64,000 bases of DNA from Felis catus (taxonomy: Eukaryota): NCBI RefSeq assembly GCF_018350175.1, contig NC_058369.1:372001-436000 (forward strand), in the 5' to 3' direction. Every line of letters starts with the position of its first letter. The first letter of the stretch is position 1. Below are positions 50,300 through 62,700 of the stretch, piece by piece. The translations under genes and the position numbers were made by a program. The notes under the pieces were generated by a model. The model saw only the letters and a program-made list of their open reading frames with translations, made no database searches and was not told where the DNA came from.

Positions 50300-52050
50300 G
50301 GGTGGGGGGGGGGGCGAAGTCTCTAGCTCCAGGTCGCTGGGCTATGGGACAGGAGTGAAACTCCGAGCCCGGAAGGGCAGGCCCGTCCTAGATGCCGGGA
50401 GAGCTGGTGAAGGGGTCCCGGACCCGGCTCGGGTCCCTCCAGCCCGCCCTGACGGAGGTCTAAAGCCCTCCCCTCCCCCTCGGATGCTCCCAGTCCCTCC
50501 CGCGCCCTCGGCGTCCTGTGCGCTCGGAGCCGCGGCGCGCACTTTGCCCACCGTCCCTAAGCAGGGGGCGGGGCCTCCCGCGAAGCTGTTCCCCTTCCCT
50601 TTTATTATTTATTATCATTTAAAGGGGCCGTGACCTGAAAATTTCTGGCCACTCTCTCCCCCTCCCCAACACTCCTGGGCTGGCGGTGCGTCCTCGGACC
50701 GAGCGCGGGGGTCGAGGGGGCGTCCGGGAAGGGGGAGGGGGCCTCACGAGACCCCTCCCCGCGTCCCGGGCCGCAGCGCTGAATCACCGGCGAGGTATTT
50801 GCATCTGAGAGCGATTTGTCACCCGGTGATTTGTCTGCGGGGCGGTGAGCGCGCCGGCGGGGGGAGGGGAGGGGCGGGGGAGGCCGCGCGCGGGGAGACT
50901 CTTACCAATCGGGTCGGATGGGGGTGTAGACGCGGACTCGGCGGGCGGCTCGGTGAGTCGGCGCGCGGCACAAACCCGGCGGCGGCCGGGAGCCAGCAGC
51001 GCGCAGCTCGCGGCCCGGGCCGGAGGCCAGGCGCGGCCGGGGCAGGGCCGGACGCCAGGCGCAGGGCATGCGCCCCCCGAGCGGGCCCTGCGCGGTGAGG
51101 CGGGGGGGAGGCTGGCCTTTTAAGTTGCGGGTTCCGGTCCCGGGTGGGCGCAGTGCGCCCGGGAAGCCAGTGAGGGGGGTCTCCAAAGTTGGGCAGGCAC
51201 AAGGGTGGGGGCCCAGGACCGGGAAGGCGACTCCGGTGGGTCCGAGTTGGGGTGGTTTTCTCCGCGACCCCCCTCGGAGACCTCACCCCCTACCACATTG
51301 CGCTAGGGCCGTCGGGGGTCCCGAGTGAGCGCCGCCCCCCACCCCCCAGCGGAAGGAAATGGTCTCTAGGCGCGCGCGGGGGGCTGCGCTCCGGGTTCTT
51401 ATCTCATTTTTTTTTCTCCCCGGAATCGGGTGCTTTATTCCCGACCCCCGAGCGGAGTGGGAACGCCGGGTGGGGAGGGCAGTTCCCTAGCGACCCTCGC
51501 CAGCTTGGAGGGCTTACTTATAAAGTGTCGGCTCCGGAGCTGAAAGGGACCCCTGGAGGAGGACCCCCCCCCCCCATGCCCACGCCCGGGCGTGGGTTCG
51601 GCCGGGCAGCCAGCGCTCTGGCGGGGATCCCCGGGAAAAGCCCCCCCGCCTCGGTCAGTGCCCCCCAGACACAAAAGCGGGCGCAGGAAGCGCGGGGAGC
51701 GCGCGTTTGTCAACTCCAACGTTCGGCGTCCGACCCCAGGCGGCGGATTTGTCAATAATCTTCCGTTTTTAGTCGCCCGGGCCGGAGGGGTTGCCCCCCC
51801 CCCCCCATGCAAATCGGTCGCTTTCCAAGAAGCCTTTGAAATCCGGACTGGGGTTTTTGTCGTCTTATTTCTTCTCTTTCTTCGGTTTTTCTTTTCTCAC
51901 TTCCTCCGGGCCGCCCCACTCCCGACTCTCCTAGCCCCCTCCCCAGCTTTCTGCCCCACCCCACCCCCTCTTCCTTTCGTGGAGTGAGGGGCCCCTTTCG
52001 CCACCCGCGGGCCCCAGCCTTGCACAACTCTTTAAATAACCGTGTTTTGC
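50300..52050. promoter_or_regulatory. ARID3A promoter CpG island with candidate non-coding exon 1
   Basis: Dense CpG; CCAAT box TACCAATCG near 50905; candidate donor TCG|GTGAGT at 50952/50953 (a weaker alternative near 51095); octamers at 50797 and 51807. Confidence 0.65.
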
Positions 52051-53549
52051 AAGGCCCCGGCCCAAGCGGGTGACCTCTCTCTCCGGGAGGCATTGGGGGG
52101 AGGGTGTGGCCCAGGATCCCTCTGGCCCCCTAGTCAGGTTCCAGCGACCACCCAGCACACCCCCACCCCTGCCTGGTCCTTGCCTGGGAATGCCTCTCTC
52201 TTAGGGTTGTCATAAAGTGGGGGGTAGGGGCCGAGGACAAAGGGCTCTTGGGGGAGGGGTCTGGAGGGGGTGGGCGTCGCCAGCTTAGGGTTAATGGCGG
52301 CCATGGGGGCCCCAGGCAAGGCCCAGGGGAGCTCTGGGGTTCCCACCTGCCCCCTCCACCAACCCCAACGTGGAGGCCTGCCCTGCTCCCCTCCCCCACT
52401 GGGCGACCCGGAAGGGTCATTAAACCCAGCAGGCCCGGGGGTGGGAGGCTGGGGGGGGGGGGGGAGTGGCTTCCTCTGGCCTCTTCCTTCTGCCCCCCAA
52501 AGAGGAGGGGGGTGTTGCCTGGAGCGTTTCCGTAGGGAGGGGGGGCTTGTCTTGAAGTTGTCAAATGTGGGGGAGGGGTAGTGGACCAGACTAGACACTG
52601 GGCGTGAAATGTCCCCTCTGCACTTCTTAGGGCTGGTGGGGGGGTGACCACCAGTCCCTGGAGGGGTGGAGAGTGGGGGGCTGGGTGCTACTTCGCTGCC
52701 CCTAAGGACACTATACTGGTCACCCTCTCGCACTGTGGCCTCTGAGAGGGTCTTTGTGCCCTGAGACCCCGTCCCTACTGGATACCAAGGTCCTTTGGGG
52801 ACATGACCCTCTCCCATTTCCCACAGGGGTCACCCACCGCCCCCCCCCTCCCCCCCGCCTCACTGCCCTTTCACCTATCCAGATGGAAGCAGCAGGGGGT
52901 CTGGGGAGAAAGCAGAGGGCCACTGGGTCCCTGTGGCTCTGCAGGGCCCCTCCCCTGACTGGGTGTGTTGAGGGGGGGTCTATACTGCAAGACTCCCCTG
53001 AGTGGGTTCAGGCTCGGATTAGCAGGTCACTCTGGGAGTTGGGAAGGTGGCCAGCCTGGGGAATGGGTGTGAGCTAGCTAGCGACCAGGAGCCTCTGCCC
53101 TCCGGCCCCTTCTGTGTGTGGGTCCCTGTCTGCCCCCGGAGTGGCTTGGGGGTTCATTTGCTGGGTTAGGGGCAGTCTCCTGTCCCCTCCCCCCATCTCC
53201 CGTCCCCCTTCCCCATGATGTGACATCTGTGTTGTCACTACTGGGCCTGTTGGCTTCTGCCCGGTTTGTTTTACTGGCGGTCTGGGCGGGTGGGGGTGTG
53301 GCCTGGGCTTGGTGGGGGGGGGAGCTGGGGTGGGACCTGCGTTCTTCTGTTTGGTGAGGCCTAGCAATGCCAGGTTCCGGGTGTCCCTGCCTGAGACCTG
53401 GGCAATTAGGGTTGGTGGTGGTTTGAGGAGACCCCAGACTGGGGCACAGCTCCTTGCCTTCTGGGGGCGTTGGCCCCATTTGGGGTCCCAAAGGGCAGGA
53501 GGACTCCCCTGCAGAGATCACGTGGGGTGGTGAGGGAGGCTCTGATGTC

Positions 53550-53815
53550 ACTCAGATCCTGGTTCAAATCCCAGCCTTGCCGGGAACGTGCTGTGTGTCC
53601 TCCAACAGGGCATCTCCTGGCCTCAGTTTTTCTCATCCGTAACATGGGGACCATCCAGCGCCTCCTTCCCTAACACGACATGGTGCCTGCCGTGTGCCTG
53701 CCTTTACCGTCACACACTTGCTTCGTCCCTGCTTGAGCACAGAGGTGGGCGCTGTCAGGACACCATCTTGCAGATGGGGAAACTGAGGCCTAGAGAGGTC
53801 AAGGCTGAGGAATGG
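53550..53815. mobile_element. MIR fragments
   Basis: cctggttcaaatcccagcc...gcctcagtttttctcatccgtaacatgggga and ttgcagatggggaaactgaggcctagagagg. Confidence 0.65.
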
Positions 53816-54638
53816 GATGGGAGCGTGAGTGAGGAGGGTGATCACAGGACCGGTATACAGGAAGCCCTCGGTCTGGGCCAGCCACAGTCTTGGTTGGCCT
53901 GAGTGGAGGGGGGTGGTGCCTGGAGCCATCTGGACGGGGCTGCACCAGCAGGGGTCCAAGCAGCACCCGGAGCTCGGAACCAGAACCCGGAACCCATCTG
54001 GACTCTGGTGCCTGGTAGCTGGCTGTGGCCAATCGGAGGCCGGGAATGCCCCGTCCCCCTGCTGTGTTTATGAAGCAATAATCCAAGGTCTTCCCCAGGA
54101 GGTGGGGTCAGGAACCGCATGTTTCTTTGTGGCCCAGACTGGTGGGGGCCACCTTCAGACCCTCAGGAGTTCAGTGCAGGGTGACCCCCGCTTCCCAGCC
54201 TCCCGGAGGGCAGACAGAGTGGGGGCGGATGGGGAGAGCACCATCTACCACCTCCAGGGAGGCCTCCAGGTCTGCACCCGGATGGGAATGGTTGGGAGAG
54301 ATTTTCCCAGAGGCCTTTGCGGTCTGACCTCAATCGGGAGGATGGGGCCGAGGAGCCCTGGAGTGTGGTCTGACGGTCTCTCCTGCCGCCCCCAGGTCTC
54401 TGCAAACCCGTGAATGAGCCAGACACCAGCCGCCGTTGCCCGGTGCCTGGCGTGAGAAGGAGGCACCGCTGGCATGCCCTCAGCCTGAGCACGGCGGCCC
54501 CCGCCCCCACCCCCCGCCACCCTGCACTGTCCCGGCTCCCCTGAGGCCCCCACACTGCAGTGCGGCCAGGCCCCCTCCCCGCAGGGGCCGCCCCTGCCGC
54601 CCACGTCTGGTGCCCGGGGCGGCCCGGCCCGCAGGGCC

Positions 54639-56218
54639 ATGAAGCTGCAGGCGGTGATGGAGACACTCCTGCAGCGGCAGCAGCGGGCACGCCAGGAGCT
54701 GGAGGCCCGGCAGCCCCCACCGCCCCTGCCGCCGGAGCTGCCTGCCGGCCCCCCGGCCCGGGCCAGGGCTGCCCCGGACGAGGACAGAGAGCCAGAGAAG
54801 GCCCGGATGCAGCGGGCCCAGATGGCCGCGCTGGCCGCCATGCGGGCCGCTGCTGCGGGCCTCGGACACCCGCCCAGCCCCGGCGGCTCTGAGGACGGGC
54901 CCCCCGGCCTGGAGGACGAGGACACGGCCCGGGAAGGGGCGCCAGGCTCACCTGCAGCCCCGGGCCGAGTCCGGGAGGCACCAGGACGTGCCGAAGGTGA
55001 TGAGCACTTGGAGGACGCGGGCTCCGACGGCGACCTGTGAGTTGGGGGTCTGCGGGCTAGCCGCGAGCAAGCGGTGGGTGAGCGTTCGATGCGTACCAGG
55101 CGGCTCTGGGCCCTGGGGACACAGCTGCGCAGGCAGGACCAGACGCTGTCCTGCCGACTGCTGAGATCCGTGCTGTCCCTTAGAACCTTCTGGAGGACGG
55201 TGGACACGTACCAACCAGGATAGGAGCCACCGTTCCAATTGCGGGGGCCCTGAGTTTGTAGCTTTATGCCATCTTGATCTAAGGGCACTGACCACGTGTG
55301 GCCAGGAGCCCCGTGCCCGGCGAGGCTACAGCAGGTTCAGTGGCCCCGGGGGGAACCTGCACAGAACGGGTGCTGGCTGGCCCGCTGGTGCGTTCCGCCT
55401 GGATCGCGCGCAGGCCCCGAGCTGAGTGCTGGCAGGGCCCCGGGGGGACCCTTCTGGGAATACATTGAACGAGCAGAGAAACAGGGTGATTGTGGGCTGT
55501 GATAAGGAGTGCCGAGAAGACGAAGGATGGGGGTAGGGAGAGGTGTCTGGGGCTGGGAACAGCATGCCTGGCAGAAGGAACAGCCTGAGCAAAGGCCCTG
55601 CGGCAGGAACTGGCTGGGCGATCCTCCAGGCCCGCCAAGGAAGCCTGTGCAGCGAGTGCAGGAGGGGTTAGCAGGTGGGGCTCTGTGCCGACGGGAAACA
55701 AGACAGCGTAGGCTATGGCCCACGCCCCTCCCAGCACCTGCAATGGGGTGACGGCTGCTCTTCTGTGCAGAGAGAGGGAAATCGAGGCTCTGGCGAGGAG
55801 CAGACCCTGCCCTGGGGCTGCAGTGAGCTGGCGCCATCTCCCCTGACCTGTGCCCTCTGCCTGCCCCAGGAAGCCAAAGTGGGAGGAGGAGGAGGAGGAG
55901 GAGGAGCTGGAGGAAGAGCTGGACGAGGAGGAGGACGAGGAGGAGGAGGACGAGGAGGAGGACGAGGACGAGGAGGCGGAGTACGAGGACGAGGAGGGGC
56001 TGGGGCCCCCGGGCTCTTCCGGCCTGGGTCCCGCGGCTCTCATCCCCCGCAGGGCCCCGCCGTCCCAGGCTTTCCGGGGTGACGGCGGGCCCCGGGTGCT
56101 GGGCAGCCAGGAGCGCCCAGGGGCTGGCCTGGCCCACGCTGGAGGGGCCGCCCACGTGGCGCCCCAGCTGCAGCCGCCGGACCACGGGGACTGGACGTAC
56201 GAGGAGCAGTTCAAGCAG
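54639..56218 (+). CDS. ARID3A: ARID3A (Bright/DRIL1), 5' partial; join(54639..55036,55870..56218). ARID-domain exons lie beyond the window.
   Basis: MKLQAVMETLLQRQQRARQELEARQ, RMQRAQMAALAAMRAAAAGLGHP, acidic tract, then DHGDWTYEEQFKQ|GT. The exon 2 acceptor is probably at 54396. Confidence 0.95.
55883..55996 (+). repeat. Coding GAG/GAC triplet tract (Glu/Asp-rich)
   Basis: 38 codons, of which 34 are acidic; almost all are GAG or GAC. Confidence 0.9.
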
Positions 56219-58782
56219 GTGGGTCGCGCGTCGTGACGGGGGCCTCGGGGCGGGCGGCACCCAGCTGCACGCTGGGAGCCCTGCAGAACGCCCCGCCGAG
56301 ATGGGGGCCGTGGGTGGGACCGGCCGGCCGTGGAATGCGCGGATGTGGGGGAGGGAGCAAAGCCAGGAGAGAGAAGCGTGGGGGCTGCTCGGGCACGGAG
56401 TGTGTACCAGGAGGACCCGCAGAGAGACAGCAAGGAAAGGGGCCCAGGCAGAGGCCACGCGACCCGACCGGGCTCGGCCTGGGTTGTGCGTTCGGGGCGA
56501 GGCCCAGCGGATGGACGTGTGGGCAGAGAGGTGGGGGCTGGGGCATACGGGCCGGAGGCCTTGCCGGTCAGCGTGGAGTCTGGCGTGTCGAGGCCACAGC
56601 CGTTGGTTGAGCCGGGGGTGGCCACGTCGCTGTGGACTGCAGAGCGGCTCCCTGGGGCTACAGAGGGGCGGGGAGGAAGCAGGGCCGTCCTGGTGCCTTC
56701 CCTGCGGGCGGCCGGGGCAGAGGAAGTGGCCGGGCGGGGGACCCTTTGAAGTTGGGCCGAGCTGGGCTGGGCAGATGGAAACCAGATGGCGTCCGGCCGG
56801 GCTCACATTCCAGTCCGTGGCCAGCTGGGCCCTGCCCCGACCTCCAGGAGTGGCCGGCGGGGGACCTGGCGTTCCCCGGCCCAGGGCCTGAGCCTCGAAG
56901 GGCTCCACTGGACAGGCCAGCGTGTGAGAGCCGGGAGGTGGCTACGAGTGGCCTCCCAGAATTGGCTGTGGGCCCCTCTTGGCGGAGCTCTGGAGGAATG
57001 GACCAGGAACTGGCCTCCGGGGACGAGGGCATGGGCTCCAGCCTCTCTTGGGGAAGAGCGATGTGCATCCTGCAGTCCTCCGAGACCTGCCTCAGGCAGA
57101 GACAGGACCCGTAAAGTAGAGGACCTGAGATCGGACACGTGCTGAGGGGGACAGGCCAGGAGCTATGAGGAGGGGAGGGGTGTAGAGGGGGGACGGTGCC
57201 CCCCACACCCCCTTCCTGCTGGAGGCTCCACCCCGGCGTGTGGACGTGAGCCTGCTCCCTGCCTCAGTGTCTCTCCCCTTCAGAAGGAGACACCAGCGGG
57301 CTGGGTTCCTGCCTGTCCCGTTTTGCAGGTGGGAAAACTGAGCCACAGTGTTGCTCTTAACGTCCTCTGGGTCCAAAATAACACAAATGGGCACAGCGTG
57401 GGCAAGTTATATTTATTTGTTCACGGAATATTTACAGAGAGCTCCAGGCTCGGGGGCTGGAGAGCTGGATAGATGCACCCAGCATTATAGGGTCATGGCC
57501 AGGCCCAAAGGGAGACTCAAGGCCACACAGTCCTTGTGAGGTCAGAGTTTGACAGGACCCCTAACCTCCCACCCCTGCTCAGTGGCCTCAGCCCCTGGGG
57601 CTCAACACTGACTGGAGGCAGGTCACAGGCTCAGACCCCAAAGCCCCCGGGCGTGTCAGGAACAAAGGGCCACGGTAGCCACCCGCACTTGTCTGGAACA
57701 CGATGGTGATATTTCAGGGATGCCCAGGGGTGGGGAAACCGAAGCCAGAGGGGGTCAGGGAACCCCAAGCCACGTGCATGTGGTCAGTGTCAGGGTCATA
57801 CTGAGCCCCTACAGACAGAGCCCCCGTGCTGTGGTGTGGAGGTCCGTATACCAGGAAACACTGAAACTGCTGAGGCGGTCAGGGGGGGACAGGGGGGGAC
57901 GTGGGGGGCCAGGTGGGAGAAGCCTCTCGGGCTGTGCCGTGAGGGTCAGGTGCATGCACACCGAGGGATGGTGCACCTGGCGGAGAAGACGGCTTGGGCA
58001 AAGGCTCTGAGGCGGGACCCAGACTGGCTCGTGTGTGGAGGCCAGATGCTGCCAGGCTGGGCCCCGCAGGAGACGGAATCAGGTCCCCGGGCAATGGGGC
58101 TGCGGGAGGTGCGGGCCGGGGGGAGGGGAGGGCCTCTCTGCAGCACGGGGACTCGTTCCCGCCCGGCCGCGGCAGGTCCAGCTGGCCGAGCACCTGTGTC
58201 GCCGGTGTCGGCACTGTCCTGGGCCATGTTGACTCTGGCGCCTGCCCCACAGCCTTCCTGGCACGTGGCAGCCGGGCCGGCCGGCCGCCCACTTGGCACT
58301 GTCTCTGCCTCTTCCTCCCCAGTCTTGGCAGGGCCTGGGCCGACTTCCCCTACGAACCCTCGATAGCCGTGAAGTTCCGGGTGGCTGCAGGTCCCGGGGC
58401 GGCCAGGGCGGGGAGGGACCCGGAGCAGCAGGCTCGTGGCCACGGAACCTTCCCTTGAATCACTGGGGCCTCCCCGCTGTAGGGCCCTGGGAACACGCGG
58501 GGACGGGGCCCACACGCCTGGAGTCCATGGCCAGGATCGGGCAGCTGCAGCAGCCATTAGGATCTTAGGCTCCTGGCATCACACGTGGCATCCTGGTGGC
58601 TTCCTGTCCCCAACACAGTGTGCCTGGGCTCTAGAAAGTGGCATTGCAGGATTTTAAACCAGACTTTTTTTTTTTTTTTTTTTTTTTAAACCCTGCCTCC
58701 CCTCCAGCAGACTTTTAACCTCAAATCTTTGGCTGCTTAAGGATCGGGATCCCTGGTCTCAGCTCCTCAAACGTGGGGACTG

Positions 58783-59706
58783 TTTTCAACAGCTTTATTG
58801 ATATCAAGTCTCATAGCACGTGATTCACCCAAAGTGTGCGACTCAGTGGCTCCTAGCGTCTTCACGGAGTTATGCGTCTATCACCCGTCTATTTTAGAAC
58901 ATTCTGGTCACCTCAAAAATGAACTTTTGTAAATGCATCTTTTAGTCCTTATGCCCCCACCCCCTCTCCCAGCCCCTCCCCCACCAGCCCCCTTCCTGTG
59001 CCTGGATGAGCCTGTTCTGGACGTTTCACACACGTGGGCCCACACCCCGTGTGGACTCTCGCGTCTGGTTCCGTCTCTGAGCGTCGTGTGTTCAGGGTCC
59101 GACCGCGGGGCGGCGGGTGTGCGCGCCTCACTTCTGCGGCCGAGGGACGTGCGCGTGCGTGGTGGATGCACCTGAGGGGCGTGCACGCGCACGGCGGACA
59201 CGTTCAACTGTGGGTGTGCGCGTGCGCGGTAGACATGGTTTCCCCCCCTGTGGACGTGCGCGTGCGCAGTGGACACACCGGAGTGGCGTGCGCCGTGGAT
59301 GTGTTCGTCTGCAGATGTGCGCGTGCTCGGTGGACGCGGTCATCTGTGGGTGTGCGCGTGCGCAGTGGGTGCACCGTGTGTCTGCCCTCACCTGTGGATG
59401 GCGTTGCTCACACCTTGGGCTTTTGTGAGTCGTGCTGCTGTGAGCACGTGTGCGCGTTTTGTGTGGATGTGTGTTTTTAGCCCTCGTGGGCACAACCCCA
59501 GGAGTGGGATCGCTGGGTCAGGCGGTAACTCTGTCTGACCTTTCGAGGACCCGTTGACCGCTTCCCCCACAGCGGCACCACCGTTTTCCTCCCCATGGCC
59601 GCACGAGGCTCTGGCCTCCCCACGTCCTCACCAGCACTTGTGATCACCAGCGATTACGGCTTTGGCGCCCAAGTCAAGGTGGGGTGAGGTCTCACTGTGG
59701 TTTGGG
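58783..59706 (-). mobile_element. Old L1 3' region (L1MB-like), strongly GC-shifted, in an ARID3A intron
   Basis: Colinear L1 blocks: aacagctttattga, attcaccc..aagtgt, tattttagaacatt, ttctggacgtttca, ccaggagtgggatcgctgggtca..ggtaactct, cacgtcctcaccagcacttg, tctcactgtggttt. Confidence 0.85.
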
Positions 59707-62700
59707 TTGGTGTTAAACGTAGGGGTGTCTTCCCCCCGCTTTTCAAGGTGATGTCCTTCCGCTGCCTACCCTGTACAGGTAGGGTGACAGCTCCGGCTGG
59801 CACGTCACCTAACCGTGCAGGAAGCTGATGGGCCTCTCACCGGGGTCCCCTGCACACACCGTGGATCCTGCCGGGGAGGGCACTTGAGTGCTGGACCTGT
59901 TTTTCTGACGGAGATTGGCGTGGGGTGGCTGGGTCGACCGCCCAGTGCCACGGATGAGGTGTCTGCGCTGGGACCGGACTCCAGGGTGCGCTGGAGGGGC
60001 GGGGGCGAGCCCTGCCTCGGCTTTGGGGCTCTGGGGACCCCTGGGCCTCTGTCCCCTTTGTCTGCAGTGGAGGCGATGGGTCCAGGGCCTCACATCAGGT
60101 GTCAGGACCTGGGGCCTGGACACACACGGGCACTTAGGTGGGAAGGGCCACCTGCTGCCTCAGGCTCCAGGCCCCAGGGGCCTCTGTGTCCTCTCTGGGG
60201 ACCCTGCCCAGGCCTCCTGGGATCCATTTTATGCCTGTGGGTGTCCTGCTTCCCTACAGCAGGCCCGGCCCAACGCAGAGTGAGGCTGGGGTCGCATTTC
60301 ATTTTTTTTCTGGCCCTTTCATCTCGCTTAGGTTTTTTTTCTGGTTTTTGTTTTTTTCCTAGTTACAGAAGATACGCGGCTGCTTTTTTAACTCCATTTT
60401 CGATTCCAGAACTAACACGGATACCATTCTCGTGGAAGGAGAAAGGGAATCTGCTGGCCTTCCTTTGGCCATTCATGTCCAGAAACGTGTCCTGTAAGGT
60501 GTCAAAGTGCCATGTCTCGGGCTGCCAGGCTGGCCGCTGCTCCTGTCCTCACTCAGTGTCTCTGTGGATCCGAGCGCTCCCCGTCGCTGGCTTCTCCTTA
60601 GCTACTGTGGTTTCCTCGTGGGGCTGACGACAACAGTGTCTGTTTCCCTGTTTGCCTGTTGTAAATGATGCTGCCGTGAACATCTTTGGCCCTGGGCAAC
60701 ATAGGGTGGGGGTGGGGATTTGGGGAGGAGCTGACAGATTTTCTTTGTCTTGCCTGGGAGCCCCCAGGGCTGCAGGGAGCCCTTAGGGATTGGGGCTGGG
60801 CCAGGGGGAAGGTTGAGGAGAAGGTTGCCCAGACGCTCTGGGGCTGGGGCTTTGTGGGATACGTAAGAGTTTGCTAGATGGAGAGAGAAGGGTAGAGTGT
60901 GCGTCTGGGAACCGTGTGGCTGGAACATCCAGTAGGAGGGGTGGGGGTGAGCAGACATTAGGGCAGACGAAAGCTGGGCTCTAGGGGAGCCTTGGCAGGG
61001 TCTGGAGTGGGGCAAGTGAGCGATATGGGTGGACCCCTCTGGGCCTGTGGTCCGGACAGGACTGGAAGAGGCTCAGTCTGCTGGGCCAGGGGCGCAGGGT
61101 GAAAATGTTTCTGGTGGAAGAGGGTGTCCTGAACAGAGGGCACAGCCTGGGCAAAGGTTTAGAGGTCAGACAGTAGGTCCTGAACCTGGCGACATCCGTC
61201 TGCCGTGCTTGGAACAGAGTGGGCAGCAGGCCAGGCCCTGTGTGTCCTGGGGCCCGTCTCTGATGCCCAGCCTCTTCCTGTGGTGCCAGGAGCCCGGGGC
61301 CGTGTGCTTGGGGGTGGGGAGGGTGTTGAGAAGCCCCTGGGAACTTGGCCCACCCCGCCTGGGGCAGCGCCTGCCTCATCAAAGCCGCTGTGGCTGCTGG
61401 CACGGAGCCAGCGGGCCGTGGCGGGCATGGGGAGGGTGCCTGCCCGCCAGCCCCTGGCACTGTGCCCCTGCCCGTGCCAGCCCTGGGAACCGCACTGACT
61501 CAGCGGAAGAACCTTATCTGGCCCCTGCGCCGCCACCAGCCACCCAGTCACCGCCGTGGGGTCACGGCCGCCGGGGCCTGGCCCCACGCCCACCACCCGT
61601 TCCCCACCCTAGTGGCCGCTGCCAAGCTCCCGGCCCGCCCCACGCTTTCTAATAACACACGCAGCCACTGCAGGGAGTGGTGCCCAGCGGGCAGTGTCCA
61701 CGTTCTGTGTCCGGTTAGGGGATGGGCACGGGTGAGCCACACAGGGTGCAGCCCTCAGACGTGGGGGGGTGGGGGGGGGCAGGTGCGGGGTCCCCGGGAC
61801 CTGGGGGGCGGGGGGGGCAGTCTCCAAGAGCCCCGTGTTTGCTGGCATCTGTGTTCACCGGAGCGGGGGGTCCGGGGGCATCCTGGGGCCCTCCGGGTGT
61901 TTGTAACCCACGCGTGTGCTGATGCTGAGGCTTTCCTGCGTGTTCATCTGAACATCCTGGAGCCATGCGAACTCGCCTGCAGCGTCTTTTATGCGTATCT
62001 GTCGCCTCAGAGGTGTGTTTGTGCGTCCCCTCGCCTGCTGTGATTGTGCACACGTGCACGGGCACCGCGTGACGGGTCCCTCCCTTCGTGGACGTGTTGG
62101 TATGTGTCCTGCGGTCTGGACGTGCTGTGGAAGGCCAGGCCCACGTGTTTCAGAGTGTGGGGAGCCCAGTGCATTGCATGTCCCCTGGGTCCCTGTGTGA
62201 TGGGCTGACCGTCCCCCGTGGTTGTATGCAAATACAGGGAGCTGGAGGCCCGCGTGCGTGTGAGCCTGGTGTCCCCCCCCCCCCCCCCCCCCGCGACGGG
62301 CTCACCTTGGCCCTGAAGCGTGAGGTCGAGGTGCGACCCATTAACCATTAGCCAGAAAGTCACATTGTCCAGGTCAGTGACGGCTTCAACTGGCCCTGGG
62401 GTCAGCTCAACCTCCCAACCTGCCTGCCCCCTGCTGATGCTCCCCAGGGAGCCCTGAGGTGTGAACAGGGCCTGGGGGCAGGTTGCGGGGGTGAGGGGGG
62501 GGGCTGCCAAGTTCAATTTCTTCTTCAGCTCTGTGGGATCTTGGGCAGGGACAAGCTCTCCCCGACCCAGATGTGTCGTCGGGGGGGGGGGGGGGCTGCT
62601 GGGTGGGGCTCTGCCCTCTCCGTGCCTTAGTTTCCCTGTCTGCGTCGTAAACCCCCTGTCCCTAAGTTTCCAGATCCCGGGGCCAGCATCGCCCCTGGGG

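Noticed and set aside
55279-56908. 448-aa and 523-aa minus-strand ORFs with poly-Ser or poly-Leu
   Set aside because: Antisense shadows of the ARID3A GAG tract in GC-rich DNA.
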